In this document: positions 1-11,119 of the stretch, one piece after another
Layout of the letters: every line of letters begins with the position of its first letter
Position numbering within the stretch: position 1 is the stretch's first letter
DNA from: Nitrospirota bacterium
GTDB lineage: Bacteria; Nitrospirota; Thermodesulfovibrionia; Thermodesulfovibrionales; UBA9159
DNA: 64,000 nucleotides
Reading direction: 5' to 3'
NCBI GenBank assembly: GCA_963699545.1
Contig: CAVOUE010000005.1
Span: forward strand, 224,001 to 288,000
The notes under the pieces: generated by a model
Told to the model about the DNA's origin: nothing
Database searches by the model: none
Seen by the model: the letters and a program-made list of their open reading frames with translations, nothing else
Made by a program: the position numbers and the translations under genes

Positions 1-201
1 TGGTTCGGACTTCCATATGGCAAGTCGTATGATATCAACCCAGTTCGAAGAGATATGAAGCTTCTTAATATCTCCCCTGATCTGGGTGATGTTCTCAATG
101 AGGTTATCCGCGACGATGGTATAGGCTTGCTCCCTGAAGTGGTAGAGTTCCTGATGCGCAGTCCTTGACGCGTCATTGGAGGCGAACACGATCTCGATCA
201 C
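1..201 (-). CDS. hypothetical protein, partial (runs off the window start)
   Basis: GTG at 201 overlaps the rlmD stop (GTGA). Frame MIEIVFASNDASRTAHQELYHFREQ... stays open to position 1. Confidence 0.6.
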   Translation of the reverse strand, partial: MIEIVFASNDASRTAHQELYHFREQAYTIVADNLIENITQIRGDIKKLHISSNWVDIIRLAIWKSEP

Positions 202-1490
202 GGCGCACCTTTCCTGCGGAGGAATGCAAGCGCCTCTATATGGTAGGTGTTGGGAAAGAAATCCACCATGCGGACCGTCTCTATATCATACTTCTCCCTC
301 ATCTTCTTCACATCCCTCGCAAGGGTTGCGGGATTACAGGAGATATACACGATCCTCTCACTGCCGGCCTCCATGACCTTTCTCAGACACTCTGCGGTGA
401 GACCCGCCCGCGGGGGATCAAGGACGATGATATCAAAGTGGGTTTCTCCAAAGAGCCTGTCCACCTGCTGTTTCCTCGTGCTCCTGAGGACCTTCTCCAC
501 CGACATGTTGACAAATGTACAGTTCCTGATGCCATTGAGCGTCACATTTCTGCGGCCGTCTTCAACGGCAGAGGGATTCTCTTCAACCGCCACGGTCTCC
601 AGCGCCTGCAATGACAGGGGAAGAGAAAAGTTCCCTGCTCCCGCGTAGAGGTCCAGCACACGTTTGTTCTCGAGGGGAGAAAGTTCCCTCACAACGGCCT
701 CCACAACCATGCGGTTGAGGGACCAGTGGCTCTGAAAAAAACTCCATGGGGTGACCGAATACTTCAGACCGTTGAGATCCAGCGTGATATAATCCTTCCC
801 CATGGAACCACCGTCTTCAAACGCGATCCCGGAAAGCCCGCTGTCAAGGAGAGACTGGGCCGCTTCATCCGCCATGGTGCCTTTCACCAGAATTGCCAGC
901 GTGTCTCCTGCCATCACGGACAGCTCCTTCACGCCCCTCAACTCTATGCCTGCCAGTTTCCGCAGCAGGTCGTTGATCCCCGGCGCCATGACGGGACAAT
1001 GTTCAACAGCGATCACCTCCCTCGTTCCCTCCCGGTAAAAACCAACCGCACCCTCAGCAGACACCTTGAATTGCCCCCTGTGACGGTATCCGAACTCTTG
1101 AGCGGCAAGAGAGGGCGTGAGCGCGACCTCAACGTCCCCTATCCTTCTCATCGCATCAATGAGTATCTCTTCCTTCACGGAGACCTGTTTTTCGTATTCC
1201 ATGAACTGGAGCTGACACCCCCCGCATATTCCGAAGATGCGGCAGGGCGGCTCCCTCCTCAACGGTGAAGGTTCGACAACATGCCGGACCGAGGCTATGG
1301 AATAGTCCCTTTTGCGCTCTTCAACAGAGACATCCACAAGCTCTCCCGGAATGGCGCCTCGGATAAAGATGACCCTCCCGTCCCTCCCAAGCACATAGCC
1401 GCCGTAGACAGGAGTCTCCGCCTTCAGAATAAGCGAGGCGGCCTCGCTCACTGGGTGTTCCCTGCCCGTTCTCTTCCCACGAGGCCTCAT
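198..1490 (-). CDS. rlmD: 23S rRNA (uracil-C5)-methyltransferase, RlmD/RumA family
   Basis: TRAM-like N-terminus, CxxxxxCGGC Fe-S motif, LDLYAGAG, LDPPRAG, YISCNPATLARD and DFFPNTYHIE motifs. Confidence 0.9.
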   Translation of the reverse strand: MRPRGKRTGREHPVSEAASLILKAETPVYGGYVLGRDGRVIFIRGAIPGELVDVSVEERKRDYSIASVRHVVEPSPLRREPPCRIFGICGGCQLQFMEYEKQVSVKEEILIDAMRRIGDVEVALTPSLAAQEFGYRHRGQFKVSAEGAVGFYREGTREVIAVEHCPVMAPGINDLLRKLAGIELRGVKELSVMAGDTLAILVKGTMADEAAQSLLDSGLSGIAFEDGGSMGKDYITLDLNGLKYSVTPWSFFQSHWSLNRMVVEAVVRELSPLENKRVLDLYAGAGNFSLPLSLQALETVAVEENPSAVEDGRRNVTLNGIRNCTFVNMSVEKVLRSTRKQQVDRLFGETHFDIIVLDPPRAGLTAECLRKVMEAGSERIVYISCNPATLARDVKKMREKYDIETVRMVDFFPNTYHIEALAFLRRKGAP

Positions 1491-1837
1491 TGTTTGCCGA
1501 GAAGCTTCTTTATCGTTTCTTTGAGATCGCCCAGCTCCGCCGACTTCACAATATACGCCTCGGAGGCCCAGACCGCGAAATCATCCCGATAGTCGTACGC
1601 GGTCGACATGATGATCGGAACTCTCGGTCTTTTTTCCTTCATCTGTCTCAGCAGTTTTATGCCGTCGATGTCCGGCATCAGAATGTCCAGAGTAACCAGA
1701 TCCGGGGTCTCCTTATCGAACAATTCGAGCGCCTCCGTGCCTGTTGATGCAACGACCACCTCATATCCCTCTTCCTCAAGCTCTTCCTTGTACAGGCGCC
1801 GGATATGCTGGTCGTCATCCACGATTAATATCTTCAT
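1487..1837 (-). CDS. single-domain response regulator (CheY-like receiver)
   Basis: KILIVDDD, LVTLDILMPDIDG, STAY and YIVKS receiver motifs. Coupled to the kinase gene. Confidence 0.92.
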   Translation of the reverse strand: MKILIVDDDQHIRRLYKEELEEEGYEVVVASTGTEALELFDKETPDLVTLDILMPDIDGIKLLRQMKEKRPRVPIIMSTAYDYRDDFAVWASEAYIVKSAELGDLKETIKKLLGKQ

Positions 1838-4800
1838 CTCTCCTCCTTTCCCACGGATAAAAAAACCTTGATCGTTGTCCCAATTCCGGGCTTGCTCTTC
1901 ACTTCTATCCTCCCCTTATGCTCTTCGATGATCCTGCGGGTAATCGCGAGTCCGAGGCCCGTGCCGGTCGGTTTCGTTGTGTAAAAAGGATCGAAGATGA
2001 ACGGCAGATCCTTTTCCGCGATCCCGGGTCCCGTGTCGGACACCTCCACCACGACATTTCCGTTCCAGGGATACGTCCTTATCGTGATCTTCCCGTGGGC
2101 GCCAACGGCCTGGATCGAATTGTTCACGATATTCAGGAAGGCCTCTCTGATCCTGTCCCCGTCAAGCAAAACCTCGGGCACTTCACCAAAAACGGTCTCG
2201 ATCCCTATCCCCCGCTCGACGACCTCGGACTCCACAAGGGAAAGCATATTGCTGACAAGGCCGTTGATATCGACAGAGGTTATGGACAGCCTCACCTCTC
2301 TCACAAAACCGAGGATGTCCCTGAGAATGTCTTCCAGCCTCTTCACTTCCCGTGCTATGATCGTCGCATACTCTTTAAGGTTTCCCTCAAGTTTGTTCTC
2401 CAGCCTCTGCGCAAATCCCCCGATGGAGACAAGGGGGTTGCGTATCTCGTGGGCAACCTTTGCAGCCACCTCACCGAGCGCCGCCATCCGCTCTGCGGTC
2501 GCCAGTCTCTCTCTGATATGTTTCAGTTCGGTGACGTCCCTGACGATGTGTACTGCCCCGAGAAAACTGCCCCGAGATATCAAAAATGGGGGACGTTGAG
2601 GTGAGAAACGTCTCGCCGGTTCTCGGGTCTTCCACCTCCTCGATATATGGCTTCTTTGTCTCTACGGTCTTATGATGGGGGCAAGCCTGCCACGGCTCGT
2701 TCATGGAGTGGAAGACGTCATAGCATTTTCTGCCGACGATCTCACTGTCCGGTAATCCAAGCCTTTCAGAAACGGCCTTATTGATACTCCGTATCGTGTA
2801 ATCCATGTCCGTAAAATAGACCATATCCGAGATGGATCTGAAGATGTTCTCAAGCTCTGCTTCCGCAAAGGAGACCTGTTCAAAGAGCTTTGCACTCTCG
2901 ATAGCGGCAGCCATCTGGTTCGAAAATGCGGTAAGGAACCTCATGTCTTCATCCGTGATCGGTTTCTTGTTGAACAGATTATCCACAAACAATACCCCTA
3001 TCACCTTGCCCCTGGAGATAAGGGGGACCACGGCATATGCCTCCGTTCCGAGCTGCTGGATGAGCAGAGGGTCAGAGAGAGGTTCGTTCTTTGCGTCGGA
3101 AACATTTACGGACTTCTTCTCTCTCACTGAGATGGCAAAGGCCGATTCGCTGTCAAGAGGTATTTCGATCCCGCGGCTCAGACGGTCAAGGAAGGTGTCC
3201 AGCTTCTTGGAGCCTGACTCGATTTCCTGCATCACATCATCAAGGGTCTTCTTCTCCATGGACAGCCGCTCCCATACCATACCTGCCTCTTCATAACTGG
3301 AGGGCCCGACGCCCATCGTGCCCTTTAACACGTTCCTTCCCTCGTCCATCAGGAACAGCACCGCGCGGTTGAACCCGAATCCATCACCCATGGTGACCGC
3401 GGTTAATATCATCCGCAGGAGCCGGTCAAGGTCCAGCGTACTTCTCATGGCAGAGCTGATGAAGAAGAGCCTCGAAAGTTCCTGGTTTCTCTTAATGAGC
3501 TCCTTTTCCACCGCCTTTTTATCCGATATATCCCTGGATATCCCGCTCACCCCGATAATGCCGCCCGACGCGTCCTTGATAGGAGAACAAGGTAAGACTC
3601 ACCTCGATGATTTTCCCGTCACCCCGCCGGCGAACGGTCTCGATGTCCCTCAGTACCTCGCCGTTCCTGACCCTCTCTGTAAACTCTCTCTCCGCCTCTT
3701 TCAGAAAGTCCGGCACAAAGGGAAGGAACGTGCCGACGGCCTCCGCCTCCGTATAGCCGTAAATCCTCTCCGCCCCCTGGTTCCAGGAGGTTACGATACC
3801 GTTCAGATCCGAAGTGACAATGGCATCCGCAGAGTTGTCGATCAGGCTCTCAAGGTATTCCTTCGTCTGTGCAACTTCCCGGTAGAGGGCGAGCATTTCT
3901 TCCTGGTAAAGAACGCGGTCGGTGATGTCGAGGATAAACACCACACATTCCTCAACGTTTCCCTTCTCATCCTTTATGGGATAGGACGTCAATTCCGCGT
4001 AGTTCAATCCGCTCACCTGCGTTAACACATTGATTTCCCCTGTTTCAAAGGTCACCTGCGCGACGCAATGGGGGCAGATCCCCTGGTGAGCATGAAAAAT
4101 ATCGACGCTGTTCTTCCCGATGATCTCATCCACCGTCCTGCCTGTCCACGTCTCAACGTACTTGTTCGCCGAGAGGACCCTGTACCCGCTCCCCATGGTT
4201 ACAATGCCGCCCTGAACACTGTCAAAAAGGACATCGAGCCTCTTTTTTGCCTCAACAGCCTCTCTTTCCCTCTGGAGTTCCCATTCGAACATCTTCGCCT
4301 TCTCAATGGCGATGGCAGAGAGCGATGCGAACCCTTCAGCAGTGCCAAGATCCTCACCCGAAAAAGGAATGATCACTTCGCCAGGCGTCTTCTTGTCGTA
4401 GAGTCCAAGGGTTCCGATAACCCGCTCACCGACCACTAGCGGCACGTTGATCACTGACTTCGCATCCAGATGCGGGACCTGCCAGTCCTGGGGCATGTTG
4501 GAGAGGTCCTCCACAAGGATGGGTCTCCCCTCCTCGACCACCTTTCCGGGAAGGCCTTCACCGACGGAAAGGGTCATCATCTGTTCGACCTCCTTCTCAA
4601 GACCATAGGATGCCTTGATCACCAGCCTGTGGTCCTCAAGCAGACGGATAATGCATCCCCTGGCATTGAGGAGGCGCGTTGCTTCCTCGGCCATTTTTCT
4701 GAGGAGTTCGTCCAGGTCCAGGGTCGAGGTGATTGCCTTCGCAAGTTCATACATCGCCCTCAGTTTCTGGAGCTGGTTCTTTGTGGAAAGATAGAGTTCC

Positions 4801-5558
4801 ACGTTCTTCTCGTTCGCTACCTGCAGCTCTTCCACCATCCTGTCGAACCGTTGAGCGATAATGCCGAACTCATCCTTTCTCCTTGAACCTATCCGGTAAT
4901 CGAGGTCCCCGGAGATGATCCTGTCCGTGGCGGTGAGGATGTCGTTGAACGGCACCGCGACCATCCTCCTCATAAAGAAGGCCAGAAGGAGAAACGCGAG
5001 GGAACTCGACGCCAGGAGACCTGCAAGATAGTAAGCCATCTCCTGCTTTATCTTCTCTCCCCGGTCAATGGTGGTGGTCAATCCCTGAACCGACTTGGCA
5101 TGCAGCTCATCCAGTTTTGCACGGATCTCTCCGTCCTTTACCTCAAGCCTGCGCAGCAGGGGAAAGATATGCCTGTTCTCGGTCGGCTGTTCCGTGGACA
5201 TCACGGCATCTGCAAGGTTCTTCAGATCCCCAAAGTCCTTTCCGATCGCCTTGAGTCCTTCTCTGTCAGCAGCCAATTTCGTGAGGCTGCCGAAGTTCTT
5301 ATAGACATCTTTGAGCCGTTCCCTGTATACCTTCCTGAACCTGCTACTGCCCGTGACCGCCCACCCCTCGGACGCGCTTACAAAATCGACGATGGATATC
5401 TCCAATTCCTCATGGAGATTATGAACCTCTGAAGATCTCCTCAGGACCTCGAAGTTGCTGCCCATGCTTTTGAAAATAAGGAAACTGCCAGCGATAAATG
5501 CGGCTATGAGGACAAGAAAGGCGATGATAAAGAGGTTTAACTTTGACTTGATGGTCAT
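1834..5558 (-). CDS. membrane sensor histidine kinase (periplasmic sensor-HAMP-GAF-PAS-PAS-GAF-PAS-HisKA-HATPase), broken by two +1 frameshifts
   Basis: ORFs 3519-5558, 2471-3550 and 1834-2583 join if one T is removed near 3587 (VSLTL-SPIKDASG) and near 2565 (FDISGQF-LGAVHIVRD). H-box AHEIRNPL and G-boxes DTGPG and GTGLGL are present. Confidence 0.85.
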
Positions 5559-7018
5559 CCTCTTCCTCGTGTCTGCCGTTTCCCCTCACCTGCCTTTGCG
5601 TAAAGGGCGAGATATTTCATGGCAGAGGCCCTCCAGGAGAAGTCCATTCCCATGCCGTCGGCGACCATTTTTTTCCATTTCCTGGTGTCAGAATACACGC
5701 AGAACGCGCGCTTCAGACACTCCGTAAGGGAAGCTGCCTGATAGTCCGCGAACAGGAAGCCTGTGCCCCGTCCCTTCAACGGCTCGTAGTCGGTGATGGT
5801 ATCTGCAAGCCCTCCCGTTCTTCTCGCCACAGGCACGGTGCCGTATCTCATTGCAATGAGCTGGCTCAGCCCGCACGGTTCATACTGCGAAGGCATGAGG
5901 AGCATGTCGCTCCCTGCATAGATACGGTGGGCAAAGGCATCGTCATACCCTATTCTCACGAACACCCTCCCCTTATATTTTTCCCCGAGACCAAGGACAA
6001 GGTCCTGATAGTGTTCATCTCCCTTGCCGAGAATGACAATATGCGCCCCTGCCGAGACAATCTCCTCCGCCGCCTCCAGGAAGATGTCGACACCCTTCTG
6101 CGAAGACAGCCTCCCCACCATCGAAATGAGGGGGACGTTCTTCTCCCCCACGTTCAACGAACACTCGTTGATAAGGTGTTTCCTGCATGCTCCTTTCCCC
6201 GAGAGGTCGGAAGAATCATACCGTGCAGGGAGGAACGGATCCTTCTTCGGGTTCCACTCTTCAATATCAATGCCGTTTATCACGCCGTAGAGGGCGGAAG
6301 ACCGTTTTCTCAAAACACCGTCCAGCCCGAAGCCGTGCTCAGACGTGAGGATTTCCTTCGCGTAGGTCTCACTGACCGTGGTTATGATATCAGACGCAAT
6401 GAGGCCCGCTTTGAGAAGGTTCATCTTCCCGTAAAATTCCACGCCATCGGGACCGAACCAATCCCGCGACAGCCCCGTAAGAGAGAAGCGGGAGACATCG
6501 AAGAGTCCCTGGTATCCGAGGTTATGGATGGTCATAAGAGTCGCTGTATTGCTAAAAAAATCCGTTTGATAGATTGTTCTGAGATAAAGGGGGAGGAGAC
6601 CGGTCTGCCAGTCGTTGCAATGTATGATATCGGGCCGGAGACCCAGCAGCCTGCATCCTTCAAGGACGGCCCGGCAAAAAAAGGTGAAGCGTTCCGCATT
6701 GTCAGGATAATCTCCTTCCGGAGTTCCGTAGAGATCGTCTCTGTGAAAAAACTCGTCGCATTCCACAAAAAAAACGGAGCCATGAGTGAAGAGGCGTCCT
6801 TCAAACCATTTCACCCCAACCGGCACCCTCACCCTGAGCCCCGTATCCTTCAGGTCGAAGCGTTCCCCCACGGTCTTGTAGAGGGGGAGCATCAGGCAAG
6901 CCTCCGTGTTCATCGCCCTGTACTCCTGAAGAAGTGCGCCGCTCACATCGGCGAGGCCGCCGGTCTTGACATACGGCGTCGCCTCTGATGCCACGAGAAG
7001 TACCTTCATTGCTGCCAC
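5555..7018 (-). CDS. glgA: glycogen synthase
   Basis: KTGGLADV, HCNDWQT, TIHNLGYQG and PSQYEPCGL motifs. Confidence 0.95.
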   Translation of the reverse strand: MAAMKVLLVASEATPYVKTGGLADVSGALLQEYRAMNTEACLMLPLYKTVGERFDLKDTGLRVRVPVGVKWFEGRLFTHGSVFFVECDEFFHRDDLYGTPEGDYPDNAERFTFFCRAVLEGCRLLGLRPDIIHCNDWQTGLLPLYLRTIYQTDFFSNTATLMTIHNLGYQGLFDVSRFSLTGLSRDWFGPDGVEFYGKMNLLKAGLIASDIITTVSETYAKEILTSEHGFGLDGVLRKRSSALYGVINGIDIEEWNPKKDPFLPARYDSSDLSGKGACRKHLINECSLNVGEKNVPLISMVGRLSSQKGVDIFLEAAEEIVSAGAHIVILGKGDEHYQDLVLGLGEKYKGRVFVRIGYDDAFAHRIYAGSDMLLMPSQYEPCGLSQLIAMRYGTVPVARRTGGLADTITDYEPLKGRGTGFLFADYQAASLTECLKRAFCVYSDTRKWKKMVADGMGMDFSWRASAMKYLALYAKAGEGKRQTRGRG

Positions 7019-8016
7019 TGAATCTTCGCCTCTCTCATAAACCGTGCTGCCTCTTCAGGAGGCGTGGGGTTGATATAGAATCCCGACCCCCACTCAAACC
7101 CGGCGATATTGGTGAGTTTTGGCATCAGCTCGATGTGCCAATGGTAATACTCATTGATCTCCTCGGTGAAGGGCGATGTGTGGATGATAAAGTTATAGGG
7201 CGGCGTATCCAGTATCCTGTCCATCTGCTTGACCACACGCTGCAAGACCTCGGCAAGGGCGGAGAAGCTCTTGTCGGGAGGACAGAACATGGATTCGTGC
7301 TTCTTCGGAAGGATCCAGGTCTCGAAAGGTGAGCGGGGCGCGTAAGGGGCAAGAGCGATATATCCGGAATTTTCATAGATGACCCTCTTGCCGTCCTCCA
7401 TCTCCTGGTTGATCACGTCACAGAAGATGCAGCGTTCCTTAAACTCGAAGTAGTGGCGGCACGAATCCACTTCCTCCCTCACCAGCTTCGGAACAATGGG
7501 AAGGGCGATGAGCTGCGAATGGGAATGCTCAAGAGATGCACCGGCCGCATCTCCTTCGTTCTTGAATATAAGGACATACTTGAAGCGCGGATCCTTCTTC
7601 AGGTCGCTGAGCCTCAGATGATATGCCCAGAGGACATCCTCAACAGCCTTCAGGGGCATGGTGGCCAGGGAGAGGAGATGATCCGGGGTCTCGATAATGA
7701 CCTCATGGGCGCCGATCCCGTTCATCTTGTCGAACATGCCTTCCCCTGACCTGTTGAGGTCACCGTAGATCTGGAGAGCGGGGAATTTATTGGGCATTAC
7801 CCGAAGCGTCCAGCCTGCAGTGTTCGGCTGGGTAGACGCAGGCCTGAAGGCCATGATCTCCTGGGGCGTCGTGTATTCGTTGCCGGGACAGAAGGGGCAG
7901 AATCCTCCCTTTCTCCTCTGCACCGGCGGGGAAGCAAAGTCTGTCGGCCTCTTCCCCCTTTCCACTGCGATAATGACCCAGCCCCCGGATATGGGGTCCT
8001 TTCTCAGTTCCGGCAT
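7006..8016 (-). CDS. galT: galactose-1-phosphate uridylyltransferase family (GalT / ADP-glucose phosphorylase-like)
   Basis: ELRKDP, CPFCPGNE, NKFPAL, GASLEHSHSQ and YHWHIEL motifs. Confidence 0.88.
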   Translation of the reverse strand: MPELRKDPISGGWVIIAVERGKRPTDFASPPVQRRKGGFCPFCPGNEYTTPQEIMAFRPASTQPNTAGWTLRVMPNKFPALQIYGDLNRSGEGMFDKMNGIGAHEVIIETPDHLLSLATMPLKAVEDVLWAYHLRLSDLKKDPRFKYVLIFKNEGDAAGASLEHSHSQLIALPIVPKLVREEVDSCRHYFEFKERCIFCDVINQEMEDGKRVIYENSGYIALAPYAPRSPFETWILPKKHESMFCPPDKSFSALAEVLQRVVKQMDRILDTPPYNFIIHTSPFTEEINEYYHWHIELMPKLTNIAGFEWGSGFYINPTPPEEAARFMREAKIQWQQ

Positions 8017-8126
8017 ATATCCTCCCGGTCTCGCACAGAGACTAACGTGTCTGAATTAAAAAGGAATTCGTCATTAAAACGTCCATTATTATATCACAAT
8101 GCGATATAATCTCCTGGAGGGCGGAC

Positions 8127-9095
8127 ATGAAACCTACGTTCCACCACCGATTGATAAATGACCCGTTCGAAGACCCCTCCCTGTTCGTGAGGATGCTCAG
8201 GGAGAGGCGCGCATTCCTTTTCGATGCGGGCCGGATCGACCGCCTGTCGCCCGGCGACCTTCTGAAGATAACCGATGTCTTCGTAACCCATATGCACATC
8301 GATCACTTCATCGGGTTCGACACCCTTCTCCGGGCACTCCTGAGAAGGGAGACTCCTCTGAAGGTGTATGGACCGGAAGAGCTCATCAGCTGCGTCGAAG
8401 GCAAACTGAGAGGATACACATGGAATCTCATACAGGAGTATCCCATCAAAATTGAGGTCTTTGGCATCAGCCGCCGGAAGATGAGGCACGCAAGCTTCTA
8501 TGCGGAACAGAGCTTTGCGAGGATCGACAGGGAGGAGATGGTCTTCGAGGGGTCTGCGCTGGAGGCCCCCCCCTATACCGTGAGCGCAGTGAACCTTTCC
8601 CATGGCATACCATGCCTGGCCTTTTCCCTCAAAGAAGATTTTCATATCAACATTGACAAGACGGGTCTGAGTGCCATGAACCTTTCCACAGGGCCATGGC
8701 TGAGCGATCTCAAACAGATGATCCGTGCCAAGGCCGCCCCGGACACGCCGTTGCGCGTTGACGGCAGGGAATTCGCCTTCTCGGACCTTGTCCATATCGC
8801 CGCGGTCACCGAAGGTCAGAAGGTCTCATACGTCACCGACGTTTCACCGGAGGAGGATAACCTCATCAGGGTGACCCAGTTCGTTAAGGATTCTGACACT
8901 CTCTACTGCGAGGCATATTTCCTTCACGAGGACAGGGAACGCGCTTTTGAGCGGCATCACCTCACCGCGAAGATGGCAGGCGAGATCGCGCGGCAGGCAA
9001 AGGTCAGGAATCTTGTCCTGATGCATTTTTCTCCGAAATACAGGGACCGGATGGAGAAAATGGAAGAAGAGGCGATGAAGGAATTTTGGAATTGA
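8127..9095 (+). CDS. ribonuclease Z-like metallo-beta-lactamase fold hydrolase
   Basis: THMHIDHFIG metal motif, YVTD, CEAYF, HHLT and LMHFSPKY. Confidence 0.8.
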   Translation: MKPTFHHRLINDPFEDPSLFVRMLRERRAFLFDAGRIDRLSPGDLLKITDVFVTHMHIDHFIGFDTLLRALLRRETPLKVYGPEELISCVEGKLRGYTWNLIQEYPIKIEVFGISRRKMRHASFYAEQSFARIDREEMVFEGSALEAPPYTVSAVNLSHGIPCLAFSLKEDFHINIDKTGLSAMNLSTGPWLSDLKQMIRAKAAPDTPLRVDGREFAFSDLVHIAAVTEGQKVSYVTDVSPEEDNLIRVTQFVKDSDTLYCEAYFLHEDRERAFERHHLTAKMAGEIARQAKVRNLVLMHFSPKYRDRMEKMEEEAMKEFWN

Positions 9096-9343
9096 CCCGC
9101 GTTGTTTCATGCTCCGTTCAAGGTCTGGTCATTACAATGAGAAACAACGGCTACACATTTTCAGCCTTCCCCTCCGCGTCCGTGAAATCATAAAAAACCG
9201 CCATTACTCGCAGCTTCTCCCTGGACCTGGTATTCGTACCGCATCAGCCGGAATTTTGAATGCACCTGAAACTCCTCACGTCAGCTATCTCTCTACGTGT
9301 TTCTATTTCCGATAGTAATGTTGAGAGTCTGCAGGGCAAAGAA

Positions 9344-9368
9344 AAACGGGATGTGTCCCCAATTATTT
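9344..9368 (+). repeat. REP-like repeat copy 1 (AAACGGGATGTGTCCCCAATTATTT)
   Basis: 23/25 match to the reverse complement of 10752-10776. Confidence 0.8.
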
Positions 9369-9407
9369 TCCTTTATGCTGAAAACTCTCACACGAATTAT
9401 ATTGTTT

Positions 9408-9416
9408 TGCTATACT
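9408..9416 (+). promoter_or_regulatory. extended -10 promoter (TGcTATACT) for the SIR2-like gene
   Basis: TGnTATACT about 40 nt upstream of ATG 9454. Confidence 0.45.
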
Positions 9417-9453
9417 TAACAGCAATGTCTTACGTAGAAGTGGATTATTCAGG

Positions 9454-10627
9454 ATGATAAGAAAGCACACCCTTCTAATATTGGGGGCAGGGGCAAGTAT
9501 GGATTACGGCTTCCCGTCAGGCAAACAGTTAATTCGAGATATAATCAATTTCCTTCATGGTACGCTGTTCAGTTTGCAACCCATAAAGAAGAAATTCTCA
9601 GTCGCTCTTGTATTACAGAGATATTACAAAGAGCAGTTAGGCACACAGAAAACGCTCCCGTATTGCCTCGAAAAGGTGGAGACATTTATCAATGCTTTAA
9701 TACAAGCTTCCCCAGCTTCCATTGATGATTTTATAGACAAGAATAGAGAAGAAGGATTTGATATTATCGGGAAAATCTGTATTGTTCTATGCATATCAAG
9801 ATATGAGAAAGCAGACGAACCCTTTTTTATTCAAGAAACAGTAACTGCCTCCAGCCATCATTACTACCACGATTCACTTGATCATAGACACTGGGAAGTA
9901 AGAGAGGGATGGTACGGTCACTTGTGGAATAAAATATATGAGGGAGAACGACATAAACGCAATAAACGCGAACCTAAACAAACTGACATTTATAACGTTT
10001 AATTATGACCGTTCATTAGAATATTTCCTATATACCACCTTTAGAAATATGCTCGGGAAGACTTCAGAAGAAGCAGCGAAATTGTTCAACGAGAATATCT
10101 TTATTTACCACGTTTATGGTCAACTTGGACACCTTGGTTGGCAGAATCAAGGAAGCATCAAGAACGATTACAAAAGGCTGACACTTGAGCCTCTTCTAGG
10201 GGGAACGAAGGAGGCCGATTTTTCTTCCGACTCACAGCTAATGCAAGGCCGCATAACGATGAGCGGCTTGGAGACTCACTTAGACAGCATATTATCTCTT
10301 GCTAAGGAAATCAAAACCTATACAGAAGCGGCTCGAGCTGATATGACCTTGATTAGTGGAAGAGCTTCTCCCGCAGAAGTAGTATTCTTCCTTGGTTTTG
10401 GTTATCATTCTCAGAATTTGGAGTGGCTCCAAAAAGCTAAAGTTAGTTCAATCAAAAAGACAAGTGTTACTGTCGGCACAACTTATGGATTAGGCAAGCT
10501 ACAAACAGAACGCATTGCAAAAGACCTTCGCAAGGTTTATTCATTTAGCAATGTTTCATACATTGATGCTGAATTCACTGCCCTAAACATACGGGATTAT
10601 TTTTCTAATGTATACGACATACAGTAA
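9454..10627 (+). CDS. SIR2-like (SIR2_2-type) domain protein, split by one +1 frameshift near 9943
   Basis: LILGAGAS..YGFP, FITFNYDRSLE, HVYGQLG and FLGFGY motifs lie across ORFs 9454-10002 and 9938-10627. Removing one G from GAGGGAGAAC gives a continuous frame (KIYEENDIN). AT-rich relative to its flanks. Confidence 0.75.
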
Positions 10628-10751
10628 AGCTCCAACCGCGAAGCCTTTCCAAAGAAGCCACGTTACACATTTCTACTTCAAATCTTCAAAGCGTGCTGCC
10701 CGCTGTCCGCGTCTTTCCGAGTGAAGTTTACTTGCCGGGCCCGATTCAGTT

Positions 10752-10859
10752 AAATAAGTGGGGACACATCCCATTTAATTCATTGCAGCTCTCATCCCCC
10801 GCAAGGCGTCAGGCAGTATAGGTATATTCTGTGCGGAAATAGGATGTGCCCCTAATATT
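10752..10859. repeat. REP-like inverted doublet (copies 2 and 3; REPIN-like)
   Basis: AAATAAGTGGGGACACATCCCATTT (10752-10776) and AAATAGGATGTGCCCCTAATATT (10837-10859) in inverted orientation. Confidence 0.7.
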
Positions 10860-10877
10860 CTCAAAGAATATCTGCCC

Positions 10878-10906
10878 TTGACTGAATAACATACTCAAAG
10901 TATTCT
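10878..10906 (+). promoter_or_regulatory. sigma70-type promoter TTGACT-N17-TATTCT
   Basis: Near-consensus -35/-10 with 17-nt spacer, followed by GGAGG and a TTG start. Confidence 0.6.
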
Positions 10907-10926
10907 TTAAGCAGAACGGAGGGATT

Positions 10927-11052
10927 TTGATAAGTCTGATTTCATTTGTCATGATCGGCATTATAGGCCTGGCAGTGCTCGCGGCATTCTTTCATTGGCT
11001 GGCAACGATATTTCCGGGGAAGCCACAGGATAAGAAGGACATAAAGAAGTAA
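10927..11052 (+). CDS. 41-aa single-TM small protein (MISLISFVMIGIIGLAVLAAFFHWLATIFPGKPQDKKDIKK)
   Basis: Has its own promoter and SD. Hydrophobic helix plus Lys-rich tail. Below the ORF-track cut-off. Alternative start ATG 10951. Confidence 0.55.
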   Translation: MISLISFVMIGIIGLAVLAAFFHWLATIFPGKPQDKKDIKK

Positions 11053-11094
11053 ACCTTATAGACAGGGAAAGGCCACGCATCATGTAAATAGGGA

Positions 11095-11119
11095 AACATT
11101 AGGGACACATGCCACTTTT
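11095..11119. repeat. REP-like repeat copy 4 (degenerate)
   Basis: AACATTAGGGACACATGCCACTTTT resembles copy 2 and is inverted relative to copy 3. Confidence 0.55.

Noticed and set aside
5927-6988. Long antisense ORFs (e.g. 5927-6988, 42708-43910, 45342-46529, 60861-62003)
   Set aside because: They are shadows of well-supported genes on the opposite strand and have no recognisable motifs.
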